A DNA stretch of 64,000 nucleotides from a virus. Under the pieces are notes generated by a model. The model was given only the letters and a program-made list of their open reading frames with translations. It was not told the origin of the DNA and made no database searches. The translations under genes and the position numbers were made by a program. Below, one piece after another: positions 9,884-19,237 of this stretch; position 1 is the stretch's first letter; the number at the start of each line of letters is the position of its first letter. Location: positions 64,001 to 128,000 of the IMG/VR virus record IMGVR_UViG_3300047510_001668; one strand, written 5' to 3'.

Positions 9884-10798
9884 TTAATCTTCAGCCAATT
9901 TACTGAAGTAACTCAAAGTGTCATCATCATCCTCATCAGGACCAGATGACTTGGGAGCTGCTGGCTTGGCAGCTCGTGGCATAGGAGCCTCTGCCACAGG
10001 TTCAGCTTCCATGCGACTCTCGGAAATCTTGTCGGCTGACACAGAGCTAGGACCACCCTTCAACACCATGTCCAGCTTCCGCTTCAACTCCTCGTAGCTC
10101 TTGAAGTTCTTGGCATCTGTGAAGTCAGTCAAAGAATGTTGCTGGTTCCAGATGGCTTCAATGGCGCTATCATCCTCGGCAATGGCTGACACAGGTTCAA
10201 ACTCTGACTTGTCATAGTTTCTGTATCCTTCCACATTGCGAATCTTCAACTTGAAGTTGGCACCCTTCCAGAAATCAAATGGATTGGTGGGATCCTCATC
10301 CTCAAACTGAGGTTGCATCACATCCTTAATCTTGTCGAAAATCTTCTTGCCATACTTGTACAAGAACACCTTGCCCTCGTTCTGAGGATTGGCTGAGTCC
10401 TTGATGACCAGAATGTTGCTGATGTACTGAAGCTTACGCTTCTGCTTGCGAGCAATTTCCTTGTTGCTCTCCACACCAGAGTTCCACAACTCGTTGTTCA
10501 ATTCTGACACAGGATCTGGAAGATTCAATGTGGTCAAGCTGTTCTCAATGTACCAACGACCTGAAGGACCTTGGAATCCATGATTCCAGATGCGTACCCA
10601 AGGAAGCTCTTCTCCCTTGGTGGGAGGCAGAAAGCGAATCACGGCATAGCCGTTGCCTGCCTTGTCAACTGCCGGACTCCAGAAACGGTCATCATCACGG
10701 CGTTCAGTTGTGGGCTTTGCAATCTTTTCCACCTCTTTCATGAGGTTATCGAAGTTGCCACGATTCTTGCGTAAATCTGATAGACTACTGAATGACAT
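9884..10798 (-). CDS. gp32: single-stranded DNA binding protein gp32
   Basis: DDRFW, GNGYAVIRFLP, WYIENSLTT, NPFDFWKGANFKLKIR, acidic tail; start MSFSSL after AGGAG. Confidence 0.96.
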   Translation of the reverse strand: MSFSSLSDLRKNRGNFDNLMKEVEKIAKPTTERRDDDRFWSPAVDKAGNGYAVIRFLPPTKGEELPWVRIWNHGFQGPSGRWYIENSLTTLNLPDPVSELNNELWNSGVESNKEIARKQKRKLQYISNILVIKDSANPQNEGKVFLYKYGKKIFDKIKDVMQPQFEDEDPTNPFDFWKGANFKLKIRNVEGYRNYDKSEFEPVSAIAEDDSAIEAIWNQQHSLTDFTDAKNFKSYEELKRKLDMVLKGGPSSVSADKISESRMEAEPVAEAPMPRAAKPAAPKSSGPDEDDDDTLSYFSKLAED

Positions 10799-10814
10799 TG
10801 TGTTTCTCCTTGTA

Positions 10815-10838
10815 TAACGGTGTATGTAACGGTGTATG
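10815..10838 (-). repeat. 2 x 12 bp tandem repeat in gp32 leader
   Basis: CATACACCGTTA twice immediately 5' of the RBS. Confidence 0.8.
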
Positions 10839-10863
10839 GAACGTGTGACCTGCCATGACAAAA

Positions 10864-11046
10864 CTACTCCTCATCAAAATCATTATCAACTACACGATTC
10901 TCTGAATAATAATCATCCTCATCTTCATCATCAAGCATGTCATAGATGGCATTACGATGCTTACCAAATTTGTCCTTGTCTATTTTCTTGGGACGTTTGA
11001 AATCACGATAATCATCCTCATTGTCCCAATCTCGCATTTTACTCAT
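10864..11046 (-). CDS. small acidic hypothetical protein
   Basis: 60 aa ORF coupled to gp59. Confidence 0.65.
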   Translation of the reverse strand: MSKMRDWDNEDDYRDFKRPKKIDKDKFGKHRNAIYDMLDDEDEDDYYSENRVVDNDFDEE

Positions 11047-11620
11047 AGAAAGCCTTGTGTGTAATCATTGAAAATTTATCCTTCTCCACTTTGATGAATG
11101 GTGAGTACTTGTGTATGGTTCGTGAAATGGAATTCCAAACTGGATCCAACACCAGCTGTTCATCCACCTCTGTAGTAAATTTATATAGTTTATTTAGAAT
11201 CACAAGTGTTTCCAGCCGACATCTTTTACCACAATATTCCCTGACAATCACAGGATGTCCTCGGGAACAATCCCAGGCATCTTCCAGAATGGCAACATTC
11301 ATGGCTAGATTCTTCACATCTTGTGTGTAGGTGTAGGTCAGACTTTCCTGAATTCTTTTCCATTCCATGTAGATTTCTGGACCTGTGTTCTCAAAGATGC
11401 CCCATTCATTACCATTCAGGAAATTGGCCACCAGATAGTTGATGAACTCATCCTGATTGTAATTGTACTGCTTCATCAACACTTCCAACTTCTTCTTGAA
11501 GCTGACCTTCACCCCTGCCTTGGGAGGCCGAGGTGTGATGCCACTTCGGATGTCATAGTTGTCAGTTGTGAAGTGGAGCCGCAAAGAGGTGTAAATCTTG
11601 TAGGCGTCAGAAACATTCAT
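11039..11620 (-). CDS. gp59: helicase loader gp59
   Basis: YKIYTSLRLHFT..NYD, NYLVANFL, LETLVIL; synteny with gp32/gp33. Confidence 0.88.
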   Translation of the reverse strand: MNVSDAYKIYTSLRLHFTTDNYDIRSGITPRPPKAGVKVSFKKKLEVLMKQYNYNQDEFINYLVANFLNGNEWGIFENTGPEIYMEWKRIQESLTYTYTQDVKNLAMNVAILEDAWDCSRGHPVIVREYCGKRCRLETLVILNKLYKFTTEVDEQLVLDPVWNSISRTIHKYSPFIKVEKDKFSMITHKAFYE

Positions 11621-11889
11621 ACAGGAAGTTTGGCAGTCTTTTTCAACAGGTTCATTTCTTCAGCTTCAGCCTGTATCTTGGCCTTCAAGGAACTGGTAAT
11701 CATGGTGGCCACAGCCACAGGTTCTATTCCTTTCTGTTCACAATACTCCAGCAACGCCTCGAAACATCCTATCTTACGTTTGATGGCTTCTTTTTCAATG
11801 TGTATAGAAAACTCTGTGGAACTGGTGAATTCTCGGGTGATGAGATATTCCACTGTGAGTATTTTGGAATCTTCTGGTTCAGCGGTCAT
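11617..11889 (-). CDS. gp33: late transcription coactivator gp33
   Basis: EFSIHIEKEA, EALLEYCE..IEP, LKAKIQAEAEEMNLL. Confidence 0.88.
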   Translation of the reverse strand: MTAEPEDSKILTVEYLITREFTSSTEFSIHIEKEAIKRKIGCFEALLEYCEQKGIEPVAVATMITSSLKAKIQAEAEEMNLLKKTAKLPV

Positions 11890-12374
11890 AATGGCTCATA
11901 AAAAATGTGATTGCCTATTTGTGTGATGGGCTTGGCGAATGTCCAACCAGGCTTCACAGATGTATTATGAAAATACATCGCATTCTTTAGTATAACAACA
12001 TGTGTGTTGTTTGTCAAGACCTCTTTGGCAATTTCATAGGACACTTGATACACGGTGCTGTCGAACGGAGCTTTTGGACCACAGGTCCAGGAGAATTGAC
12101 ATCCTCGGCTGTTCCGTTGATACACCACACCACAAATGGTTTTCGGGAACTGTTTATGTCGGACACGATTCATGGTCACTGTGGCAACTGCCAACTTGCC
12201 ACGGTAGGATTCCATGGGTGCCTCATAGAAAATGTTCTTGGCTAAGCATGTCAATTGCTTCTCATCCAGAACAACTTTTGAAATGGGTTTACGTTCCATC
12301 ACAGGAACTGGATGATAATCTCCCACCAACAACGCCAGCAACATCAACACAATCAAAAATGCATTTCTGAACAT
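11886..12374 (-). CDS. cell wall hydrolase (SleB/Hydrolase_2 family) with N-terminal signal
   Basis: CLAKNIFYEA..E..G..AVA.V.MNRV, FPKTICGVVYQ, QFSW, IGNHIFY. Confidence 0.9.
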   Translation of the reverse strand: MFRNAFLIVLMLLALLVGDYHPVPVMERKPISKVVLDEKQLTCLAKNIFYEAPMESYRGKLAVATVTMNRVRHKQFPKTICGVVYQRNSRGCQFSWTCGPKAPFDSTVYQVSYEIAKEVLTNNTHVVILKNAMYFHNTSVKPGWTFAKPITQIGNHIFYEPL

Positions 12375-12404
12375 AGAACCTCCCATGTGAAATGTACATA
12401 ACAA

Positions 12405-12660
12405 GGTGGGGGTTTTCTGTTCCCAGGGAACCCCCGAACCCGGCATGCTACTTAATTAAGCAGCTAATGCAAGAGGCGTATTATATGTGCCTGTTAATGT
12501 TTTTGCTCTGCTTACGGCAGTCGCCTATCGGGTAGCTCTCTCATCTAGTCCTTAACCTGTCGAAACCAGTCATCCCCGAAATGTTTGCTACTGAATGGAG
12601 ATGGAGGGAATCGAACCCTCGTCCAAGCTATGTTTCAATTTGAGCTGTTCTACTACCATC
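12405..12660 (-). ncRNA. ssrA: tmRNA, permuted two-piece gene
   Basis: T-arm/acceptor GGACGAGGGTTCGATTCCCTCCATCTCCA (ends 12596) lies upstream of GGGGATGACTGGTTTCGAC (starts 12577); G3-U70; tag GTYNTPLALAA* at 12491-12456; outer ends approximate. Confidence 0.9.
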
Positions 12661-12668
12661 CTACAGAA

Positions 12669-13397
12669 CTATTTATGAAACTCTTTGACAGTGATTTTGT
12701 TATCAGCATCAATTAATATAGCTGTCAGATTTTCCACCCAATCACCAGAATTTAAATAGTGAACACCTGCAATTTGTCTATCTTCTGGTTTGTGGATGTG
12801 ACCACAGATAACACCAGAGCAATTGTTTTGTCGTGCGAGATTTGCGGCACCTACTTCAAAGTCTGTGATGTAGTTGACTGCTGCTTTCACCCCATTCTTA
12901 ATATCTTTAGAAATGGAATAGTAAGGAAGTCCTCTCCATGCTCTCCACTTATTATACCAGGTATTCAATCGAAGTGCCAATTCATATCCACTTGCTCCAA
13001 TTTGTGCAATCCACTTCCATTTAGCAACAAATACGTCCAAGATGTCTCCGTGGAAGATGAAATACTTTTTGCCTTCACCGAGGTCAAGGATGTAATTTTC
13101 TTCCACTTGTAACTTGCCGAGATGCATATGCATGAATTCGTGTAAGAACTCATCGTGATTCCCACGTATCCACACCACAGGTATCTTTCTGGAAATGTCT
13201 AATACTTTAGATATCACCTTGGTATGCTTTGCTCTCCAACGAACGCCACGGGACAATGCCCATCCATCCACGAAGTCACCGTTGATAATCAAGATGTCGG
13301 TGTGATGTTCTTCCAGAAACTTCAAGAACTCCACTGCTTTGCAATCTTCTGTTCCTAAATGGACATCTGATACGATAATGGCTTTGTAGTGCTTCAT
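12669..13397 (-). CDS. LpxH-like (UDP-2,3-diacylglucosamine hydrolase family) metallophosphoesterase
   Basis: SDVHLG, NGDFVD, GNHD, FHGD, GHIH, NSGDW. Confidence 0.88.
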   Translation of the reverse strand: MKHYKAIIVSDVHLGTEDCKAVEFLKFLEEHHTDILIINGDFVDGWALSRGVRWRAKHTKVISKVLDISRKIPVVWIRGNHDEFLHEFMHMHLGKLQVEENYILDLGEGKKYFIFHGDILDVFVAKWKWIAQIGASGYELALRLNTWYNKWRAWRGLPYYSISKDIKNGVKAAVNYITDFEVGAANLARQNNCSGVICGHIHKPEDRQIAGVHYLNSGDWVENLTAILIDADNKITVKEFHK

Positions 13398-13398
13398 A

Positions 13399-14106
13399 TT
13401 AATTCCAGTAATTCACTTTCGCCTTCTCAAAGTGCTTAAGGTTGTTTCTATTCAAGAAGTTGACTATCATGTACCAAATCATTCCAAGATAACCTAGTTT
13501 CTTGAACCTGCGTTCATCTTGTCCAAAGTAATGGTCCACAATCATAAACTTCTTGGCATCATACTGTTTACTCAATATGTAATCTTCGGATGTATCATAT
13601 TTGTTTGGAAATCCACCAAGCTCATCAAACTTGTCTTTTCTGGTCAAAAAGAATGCTCCGATGGCAAATGGAGTTTTCTTGGTCATGATTTTGTTGATGA
13701 GATTGAAACACCAGAAGAAGAACGAGGCACGAAGATGTTCACCGTAATTCTTAATGTTGGCTGTTATCAAGTCCAAATTATATACCACCATCTTGTTTAC
13801 CGCATCATAGATGGTGAAGGGATGAAACAACCTCACATCAGCATCCAAAAACAGAATGTATGGAGTAGTTACCAACTTGGCACCGTTGTTTCTTCCTACA
13901 GATACCGGTCCTCCTGTAATCACTTCAATATTCAACACATCATCATACAATTTCACCACCGAGATAGTATTATCGGTACTATAGGCATCTGCGACAATGA
14001 TACGAGTGTTTCCGATACCCACTTGTTGTGACAAAGAATCAAGTAGATGTCCAATATATTTTTCTTCATTCTTGCAGGGGATGATGATGGTGACTAAATC
14101 TTTCAT
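13399..14106 (-). CDS. glycosyltransferase family 2
   Basis: IIIPCKNEE, DAYSTDNT, GRNNGA, FLDADV, SED. Confidence 0.92.
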   Translation of the reverse strand: MKDLVTIIIPCKNEEKYIGHLLDSLSQQVGIGNTRIIVADAYSTDNTISVVKLYDDVLNIEVITGGPVSVGRNNGAKLVTTPYILFLDADVRLFHPFTIYDAVNKMVVYNLDLITANIKNYGEHLRASFFFWCFNLINKIMTKKTPFAIGAFFLTRKDKFDELGGFPNKYDTSEDYILSKQYDAKKFMIVDHYFGQDERRFKKLGYLGMIWYMIVNFLNRNNLKHFEKAKVNYWN

Positions 14107-14765
14107 TTCATGACCTCGTACACATCTCGGTAGTAAAGTAGTTGTTCCACGTGATGGTCTCTTTTACTTTGAAACACTTGCATGAATCCATCGGATACTG
14201 CAATTAAAATGGTAAGTCGGTTCACAGGTATACCAGTGCGTTCTTCAAACATGATGGCGTAGGCTGTTGCTTGCATGAAGTAGTGTTGAATATGTTCCGC
14301 ATCTTTTTCACGCCGGGCTGTCTTGAAGTCTATGATATTTAGTTTCCCATCAAATTCTGCCACACAATCCACACGGCCGGCCAATCTTAAATGATGAGAC
14401 CACAGCGCCACTTCTTGTGCTCGAATGTTGTCAATTCTATCCAACACAGGATTGGCCACTTTGAACATTTCATAATCCCAAAGTGACAAATCACCCCCTG
14501 TCAGATTGTTTTGAAGATACTTTTCCGTGATGGTGTGAAATCTAGTACCCCAATTGGCAGCTTGCCGAGACACCTTGTTTGCTTCTTCTTCACCCACACG
14601 GGCTCGCCATTCTTGAATGCCTTTCTTGGTGTGTTCAGCCAACACCGTGGTGACAGATGGATAGAGCCTACCTTCAGGTGTCTGATAGGCTCTGGTTCCA
14701 TCTTCCTGGTTCACAGCAGAAATGGTTTCTATTGTTACTGGGTCATGTAGGAATGTTTTCATCAC
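14103..14765 (-). CDS. PD-(D/E)XK exonuclease
   Basis: YPSVTTVL, GTRFH, AGRVDC, IIDFKT, QATAYA. Confidence 0.9.
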   Translation of the reverse strand: MMKTFLHDPVTIETISAVNQEDGTRAYQTPEGRLYPSVTTVLAEHTKKGIQEWRARVGEEEANKVSRQAANWGTRFHTITEKYLQNNLTGGDLSLWDYEMFKVANPVLDRIDNIRAQEVALWSHHLRLAGRVDCVAEFDGKLNIIDFKTARREKDAEHIQHYFMQATAYAIMFEERTGIPVNRLTILIAVSDGFMQVFQSKRDHHVEQLLYYRDVYEVMK

Positions 14766-14768
14766 AAT

Positions 14769-14797
14769 AATATATCACACTGCTATAATTTTGTCAA
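14769..14797 (-). promoter_or_regulatory. sigma70-type early promoter
   Basis: TTGACA-17 bp-TATATT. Confidence 0.75.
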
Positions 14798-15549
14798 GCC
14801 ACAGCCATGTCCTCACACGCCATTCTGGCCAGGATGTATTCTTTCACCAAGGGTCCACGAACAATGTCCTCCACCCCAAATTCCACATGACGGAAGGAAG
14901 GCATGTGGTTGGCGATGGCCATGAACTTCTTCAATCCTGACATATCAGAACGTTTCTGTAAATCTGTTTGACGGAAATCACCACAGAAAATGATTTTGGT
15001 GTTTTGTCCCACACGGGTCATGATGCTGTTCAGTTCCATGTCATTCATGTTCTGAGCCTCGTCCACAATCACAATACAGTTGTCCAAGGTCAACCCACGA
15101 ACATAGGAAGTGACCATGAAATGAATCAAACTTTGTTCTTTCAGTTTGTTGTAGGCGCGTTCTCCAAATCTAGGGAACAAATCTGCGCAAATTTCTTGAT
15201 AGGGTTGTGAATACACTTCCACTTTTTCTTTTTCATTGCCAGGAAGAAATCCAATATCCCGAGATGGCACTGCTGAACGAACCACCACTACTCTTTTGTA
15301 ACCTGAATTTTCCAAAATCTCTTTGAAAGCGCTGTGCATGGCGATGTAGGTTTTTCCTGTCCCTGCCACTCCATGACATAGAATGGCTTTGTGTCCTTTA
15401 CGATAGTAGTTGAAAAAATTCTCCTGGTTTTCTGTGAGAGCCCAGATTTCTTTTAAATCTGAACCACGGACTTTGTGTTTGGATTCCTGATCCTCTTGAA
15501 GAATATAAGTTTGGGACGTGACCAACTTAAGGCGCTTTTTTCTGGACAT
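14794..15549 (-). CDS. phoH: PhoH family ATPase
   Basis: GVAGTGKT, RSAV, GFLPG, RGLT, DEAQN, TRVG, GDFRQTD; start at MSRKKR. Confidence 0.95.
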   Translation of the reverse strand: MSRKKRLKLVTSQTYILQEDQESKHKVRGSDLKEIWALTENQENFFNYYRKGHKAILCHGVAGTGKTYIAMHSAFKEILENSGYKRVVVVRSAVPSRDIGFLPGNEKEKVEVYSQPYQEICADLFPRFGERAYNKLKEQSLIHFMVTSYVRGLTLDNCIVIVDEAQNMNDMELNSIMTRVGQNTKIIFCGDFRQTDLQKRSDMSGLKKFMAIANHMPSFRHVEFGVEDIVRGPLVKEYILARMACEDMAVA

Positions 15550-15628
15550 AGAATGCTCGTTGGGTTGGGGGTAAAAAAATCCCGCCAAGGCCGAAGCCCG
15601 GACGGGATTTGAATAGGACGGAGAGTCC

Positions 15629-15895
15629 TTAGATGTAACTACTGTTGTTTTTAAGTGTGGAGCCTGGAGTTTTATCATGAATCTTTTGTAAGACCTCTCT
15701 GAATCCATTATCGGGTCGTCTAATTCCTAGACGAACAGGGTCACCGAGGGTTGGCGCAGTCAACATCACCTTCTTGACTGCCATTTCACCACAGTTAGAA
15801 CATGGGTCACCCTCCGGTTCGTGCATGGAAGAGATACTTACATTTCTTGTGAAATAGTGCTCACACTTCTCACATTGGTATTCATATGTTGGCAT
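15629..15895 (-). CDS. FmdB-family zinc-ribbon protein
   Basis: MPTYEYQCEKC...CSNCG. Confidence 0.85.
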   Translation of the reverse strand: MPTYEYQCEKCEHYFTRNVSISSMHEPEGDPCSNCGEMAVKKVMLTAPTLGDPVRLGIRRPDNGFREVLQKIHDKTPGSTLKNNSSYI

Positions 15896-15903
15896 ATTTT
15901 TAT

Positions 15904-16083
15904 TTATCTTTCGTAGTTTTCTGTGGCACGGTGAATGGCATCACGAACCCATTGTAGAAGCAAGGTGGCAGATTCATTTCCATGAACAATACGTTCAATA
16001 TTGTCCAATTCTTCATGAATGTCCACAATCAGGTATCGTATTCGGTTGTCTACTTCTTCATAATATTCTTCATGCTTTTCCAT
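15904..16083 (-). CDS. hypothetical protein, 59 aa (not in track)
   Basis: MEKHEEYYEEVDNR...; GGAG RBS; fills gap after ligase. Confidence 0.6.
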   Translation of the reverse strand: MEKHEEYYEEVDNRIRYLIVDIHEELDNIERIVHGNESATLLLQWVRDAIHRATENYER

Positions 16084-16091
16084 AACTCCTC

Positions 16092-17399
16092 CTACTTGAT
16101 ATCAATGGAAACATCTGCATCAGTTTTATCTTCACGAAGTTCAAGGAACACTGGCAGAAACAAGCTGGTTTGTCCAGTTTTTTTGTCCTGAATCTTGGCA
16201 TTGTACTTCACTGCCACCACCTTGCCCACCGTGTTCTCCTTGGTATATTTATCTCGTTGCTCGTCCGTGAAGCCAGAGCCCACGTTCACTTTCACCTCAC
16301 CATCAGCAGATGTCAGCACCAAGGCACCCAACTTGCCTACATTCTTGCCAGTTCCTTCCTGCCAACCCATACATAGCAAATCACATTCCAATTCTCCCTT
16401 GAATTTCACTTGATGCTTCACTCGCTTGTCTTCCCAAGGAGCATTGATGTCCTTCAGAATGATGCCTTCTTCACCCTTACTGAAATATTCCTGAAACAAC
16501 ACCTGGGCTTCATCTTCATTTTCCACCTTGATGTTGGCAATCAATGAGACACGATTAGGCATCTCCAGTGCCAATTCTTCAAGAACACCAAAACGTTTTT
16601 CGTAAGTTGTGGCGGAGAATCCCTTTTGAAAATCCGAAAAGGGAACAACATCCCAAATTGTGGCATGAACCATGTTGGCTTCTCGGTCCGAGATGGTGCC
16701 TTTCACTGCCTTGTTCAAGATGCCATTACCCTTCTGCCTATTCATGATTCCCATACCATCCATCACCACCAATTCACCATCAAACACCGCAGGATATGAA
16801 AGATGGTTAGCTAACGCCAAGAATTCCTGCTCCAGATGTCCAAGTAAATCAATCTGTTTACCGTTACGTGAACGAAACTCCACGCCACCATTTTTCACAA
16901 TGGCATTGAATCGCATCCCATCCAGCTTCAACTGCACATAGGCAGGATAGGACATCTTGGCCATCACCTTTTCATCAAAGCCGGATGCCAACATCACAGG
17001 ATAGGTGGGAATCAACCCAGGCCAAATCTTGTTCACCGTGGCATCAGACACTCCACAGCGTAAATCCTTTTCAATGATGCGTTCCACCACCTTGGCATCA
17101 TCGGCAGTGACACTTTCCAAAATGATTTTCAAATGACTGATGGCAGCATTACCTGTGACCACACGCTTGCTAATTTTATCTAAATTGTCTAAAGCACCCT
17201 CCAGCGCCATGGTACCTTTGGTGTGTTCTAGAGTTCTGTTGATGTAGGCAGGAATCTTTCGAATGTAAAATTGCGTGTAAGGATCCAAAGCCAGAAACAA
17301 CACACGCTGAAGCGTCAGGTTGTGTTCATTCTGCTTCAAGATGTGTTCCTTCTCCAAACGGCTTGAGGTGTTTGCTAAAGCACGAAAAATAGATTCCAT
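16092..17399 (-). CDS. gp30: ATP-dependent DNA ligase
   Basis: KLDGMR, FDGEL, EGIILK, GKLGAL, LFLPVF. Confidence 0.96.
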   Translation of the reverse strand: MESIFRALANTSSRLEKEHILKQNEHNLTLQRVLFLALDPYTQFYIRKIPAYINRTLEHTKGTMALEGALDNLDKISKRVVTGNAAISHLKIILESVTADDAKVVERIIEKDLRCGVSDATVNKIWPGLIPTYPVMLASGFDEKVMAKMSYPAYVQLKLDGMRFNAIVKNGGVEFRSRNGKQIDLLGHLEQEFLALANHLSYPAVFDGELVVMDGMGIMNRQKGNGILNKAVKGTISDREANMVHATIWDVVPFSDFQKGFSATTYEKRFGVLEELALEMPNRVSLIANIKVENEDEAQVLFQEYFSKGEEGIILKDINAPWEDKRVKHQVKFKGELECDLLCMGWQEGTGKNVGKLGALVLTSADGEVKVNVGSGFTDEQRDKYTKENTVGKVVAVKYNAKIQDKKTGQTSLFLPVFLELREDKTDADVSIDIK

Positions 17400-17421
17400 G
17401 ACTTCCTCCTGGTTATGCTAT

Positions 17422-17459
17422 AATATAGCAAAATCCCTCACTTTTGTCAAGTGAGGGAT
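17422..17459 (-). promoter_or_regulatory. early promoter with -35 inside terminator hairpin
   Basis: TTGACA-17-TATATT; stem ATCCCTCACTT/AAGTGAGGGAT then TTTG. Confidence 0.75.
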
Positions 17460-17469
17460 GAAAATCACA

Positions 17470-18489
17470 TCAACGAATGGTGTAATTTTCCAAACTGGTG
17501 TTCAATTGTCTGTTCACTTGTATGAATTGTGCCTTGTGAGTCATTTCAGACACGTTGTTGGCACCAATATAGGCACAAGTGGAACGAATTCCTCCCAAAA
17601 TGTCAGAAATGGTGTGTTCCACCAGGCCCTTGTACGGGATTTGCACCACTCTACCTTCAGAAGCACGATATTTCTTCACTTGATTGTGTCGCTGTTGGGC
17701 TGCATGACTGCTCATCCCGTAAAAAGTGACTTTTCCATCACGAATTTCCTGTTCCGACTCATCATGACCGGCAAAAATACTGCCGGCCATCACCATTTTG
17801 GCTCCCACAGCTAAAGCTTTTGAGAAATCTCCGGGAAAAACACATCCTCCATCACTTTGCACCCCACCTCCCACCTCTTCAGCGGCAGGAACACACTCCA
17901 TGAGGGCGGAAAATTGAGGATATCCCACACCTGCCACACGCCGAGTGGTGCAAACAGCGCCAGTCCCGATGCCAACCCGAGCCAAATCAGCTCCAGATGT
18001 GATGCAACGTTGAACTGCTTCAGGTGTCACCACGGTTCCTGCCATGATGAAGGCATCTGGAACACATTCTCTGACCTTTTCAATGAAATCATAGAAAGAA
18101 TTCATGTATCCATTAGCCACATCAATGACAATTTTCGGTGTGAAGTTGGAAATTCTGTCCTTCCAGGTACTAATAATGGCATCTGCTTGGTTCAATTCAC
18201 CATCATTCATGCCAATGGTGATGAACGCATGGCTGACATCCTGTTGATGTACCCAATCTGCCAAGGTGTGATGCTTGGTGATGGCAGTAAATGCACCGAA
18301 TTTCTTCAAGGCATGATGCATGCTGAACGTCCCCACACCATCCATGTTGGCAGCAATCACAGGAACGCCAGTGATGGATGCTCCCCAACGACCTGAAATT
18401 GTTGTGGACACATCCACCTGGCTTCTGGAAGTGATATCCGAGAAATGTGGAACTATCAACACATCATTGAAATCCAACTTCACCGACAT
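17470..18489 (-). CDS. guaC: GMP reductase
   Basis: LDFNDVLIVP..S...SRSQV, AANMD, IDVANGY, VGIGTGAVCTTR, FYGMSS, YRASEG. Confidence 0.93.
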   Translation of the reverse strand: MSVKLDFNDVLIVPHFSDITSRSQVDVSTTISGRWGASITGVPVIAANMDGVGTFSMHHALKKFGAFTAITKHHTLADWVHQQDVSHAFITIGMNDGELNQADAIISTWKDRISNFTPKIVIDVANGYMNSFYDFIEKVRECVPDAFIMAGTVVTPEAVQRCITSGADLARVGIGTGAVCTTRRVAGVGYPQFSALMECVPAAEEVGGGVQSDGGCVFPGDFSKALAVGAKMVMAGSIFAGHDESEQEIRDGKVTFYGMSSHAAQQRHNQVKKYRASEGRVVQIPYKGLVEHTISDILGGIRSTCAYIGANNVSEMTHKAQFIQVNRQLNTSLENYTIR

Positions 18490-18492
18490 GGA

Positions 18493-18753
18493 TTATGCCT
18501 TCTTGGCTACAGTTTCATACAAAGATTCAAAATCCTTGTGAAGCTCCACTTCCTCGCTGTAGTTACCCTTGTGATAGGTCTTAGCCAACTTGTTCAGCAC
18601 TTTGCGATTCAGTTGCAAGTCATCACATAGATCCTTCTTCACGTTCTTAATCAAGTCACGCTCTGCCTCCATGCGTGTCATGCTGGCAGAAATTTCTTTC
18701 AACCCGTCAAGCAGTTTCAGCTTATCTGCTGGGGTGGTGGGAAAGGGTGTCAT
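18493..18753 (-). CDS. dsbA: dsDNA-binding protein DsbA-like
   Basis: LIKNVKKDLCDDLQLNRKVLNKLAKTYHK..Y..E..FESLYETV resembles T4 DsbA. Confidence 0.75.
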   Translation of the reverse strand: MTPFPTTPADKLKLLDGLKEISASMTRMEAERDLIKNVKKDLCDDLQLNRKVLNKLAKTYHKGNYSEEVELHKDFESLYETVAKKA

Positions 18754-19237
18754 ACAATCTCCATGAATAAAAATGTTCACCTGGGTCTTTCTTTCGACTT
18801 TTCGGATAGGCCACATCTGAATGACCCAGGATGGGTTTATCTCGGCTATCCGGATACCTCATATTAATATAATTCTTCAGTAATGTCAAGGCCTGATACT
18901 GTTCTTCCGTATACGGTAAAAAATTTGTCCCTTGTAAGCAAACACCGATACTGAAAGTATTCCAATCGTTTATTCCATTCCACAAGGAACGTCCTGCGTG
19001 AAGTGCCACGTACTTCAAATCTTTCCATTGGTGTATTTCTCCATTTCGTGTAATGAAAAAATGATAGGCCAATCTTCTTCTTTGTAACACATAACGTGTG
19101 GCTTTGGCACTTAACCCAGCACCATCGTTATGTATCACAATGTAATTACGTGTGGTGTCACGTAATGTTTTACCCGGCAAGAAATTCTTTGTTACCAGTG
19201 GTGCTTGTAGTTGTAGTGCTAGTAGTAGTGTTAGCAT
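18722..19237 (-). CDS. N-acetylmuramoyl-L-alanine amidase (Amidase_2/AmpD-like)
   Basis: IVIHND, AYHF.I...GEI.Q, A.HAG, N..SIGVCL, GHSD, KKDPG. Confidence 0.88.
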   Translation of the reverse strand: MLTLLLALQLQAPLVTKNFLPGKTLRDTTRNYIVIHNDGAGLSAKATRYVLQRRRLAYHFFITRNGEIHQWKDLKYVALHAGRSLWNGINDWNTFSIGVCLQGTNFLPYTEEQYQALTLLKNYINMRYPDSRDKPILGHSDVAYPKSRKKDPGEHFYSWRLYDTLSHHPSR

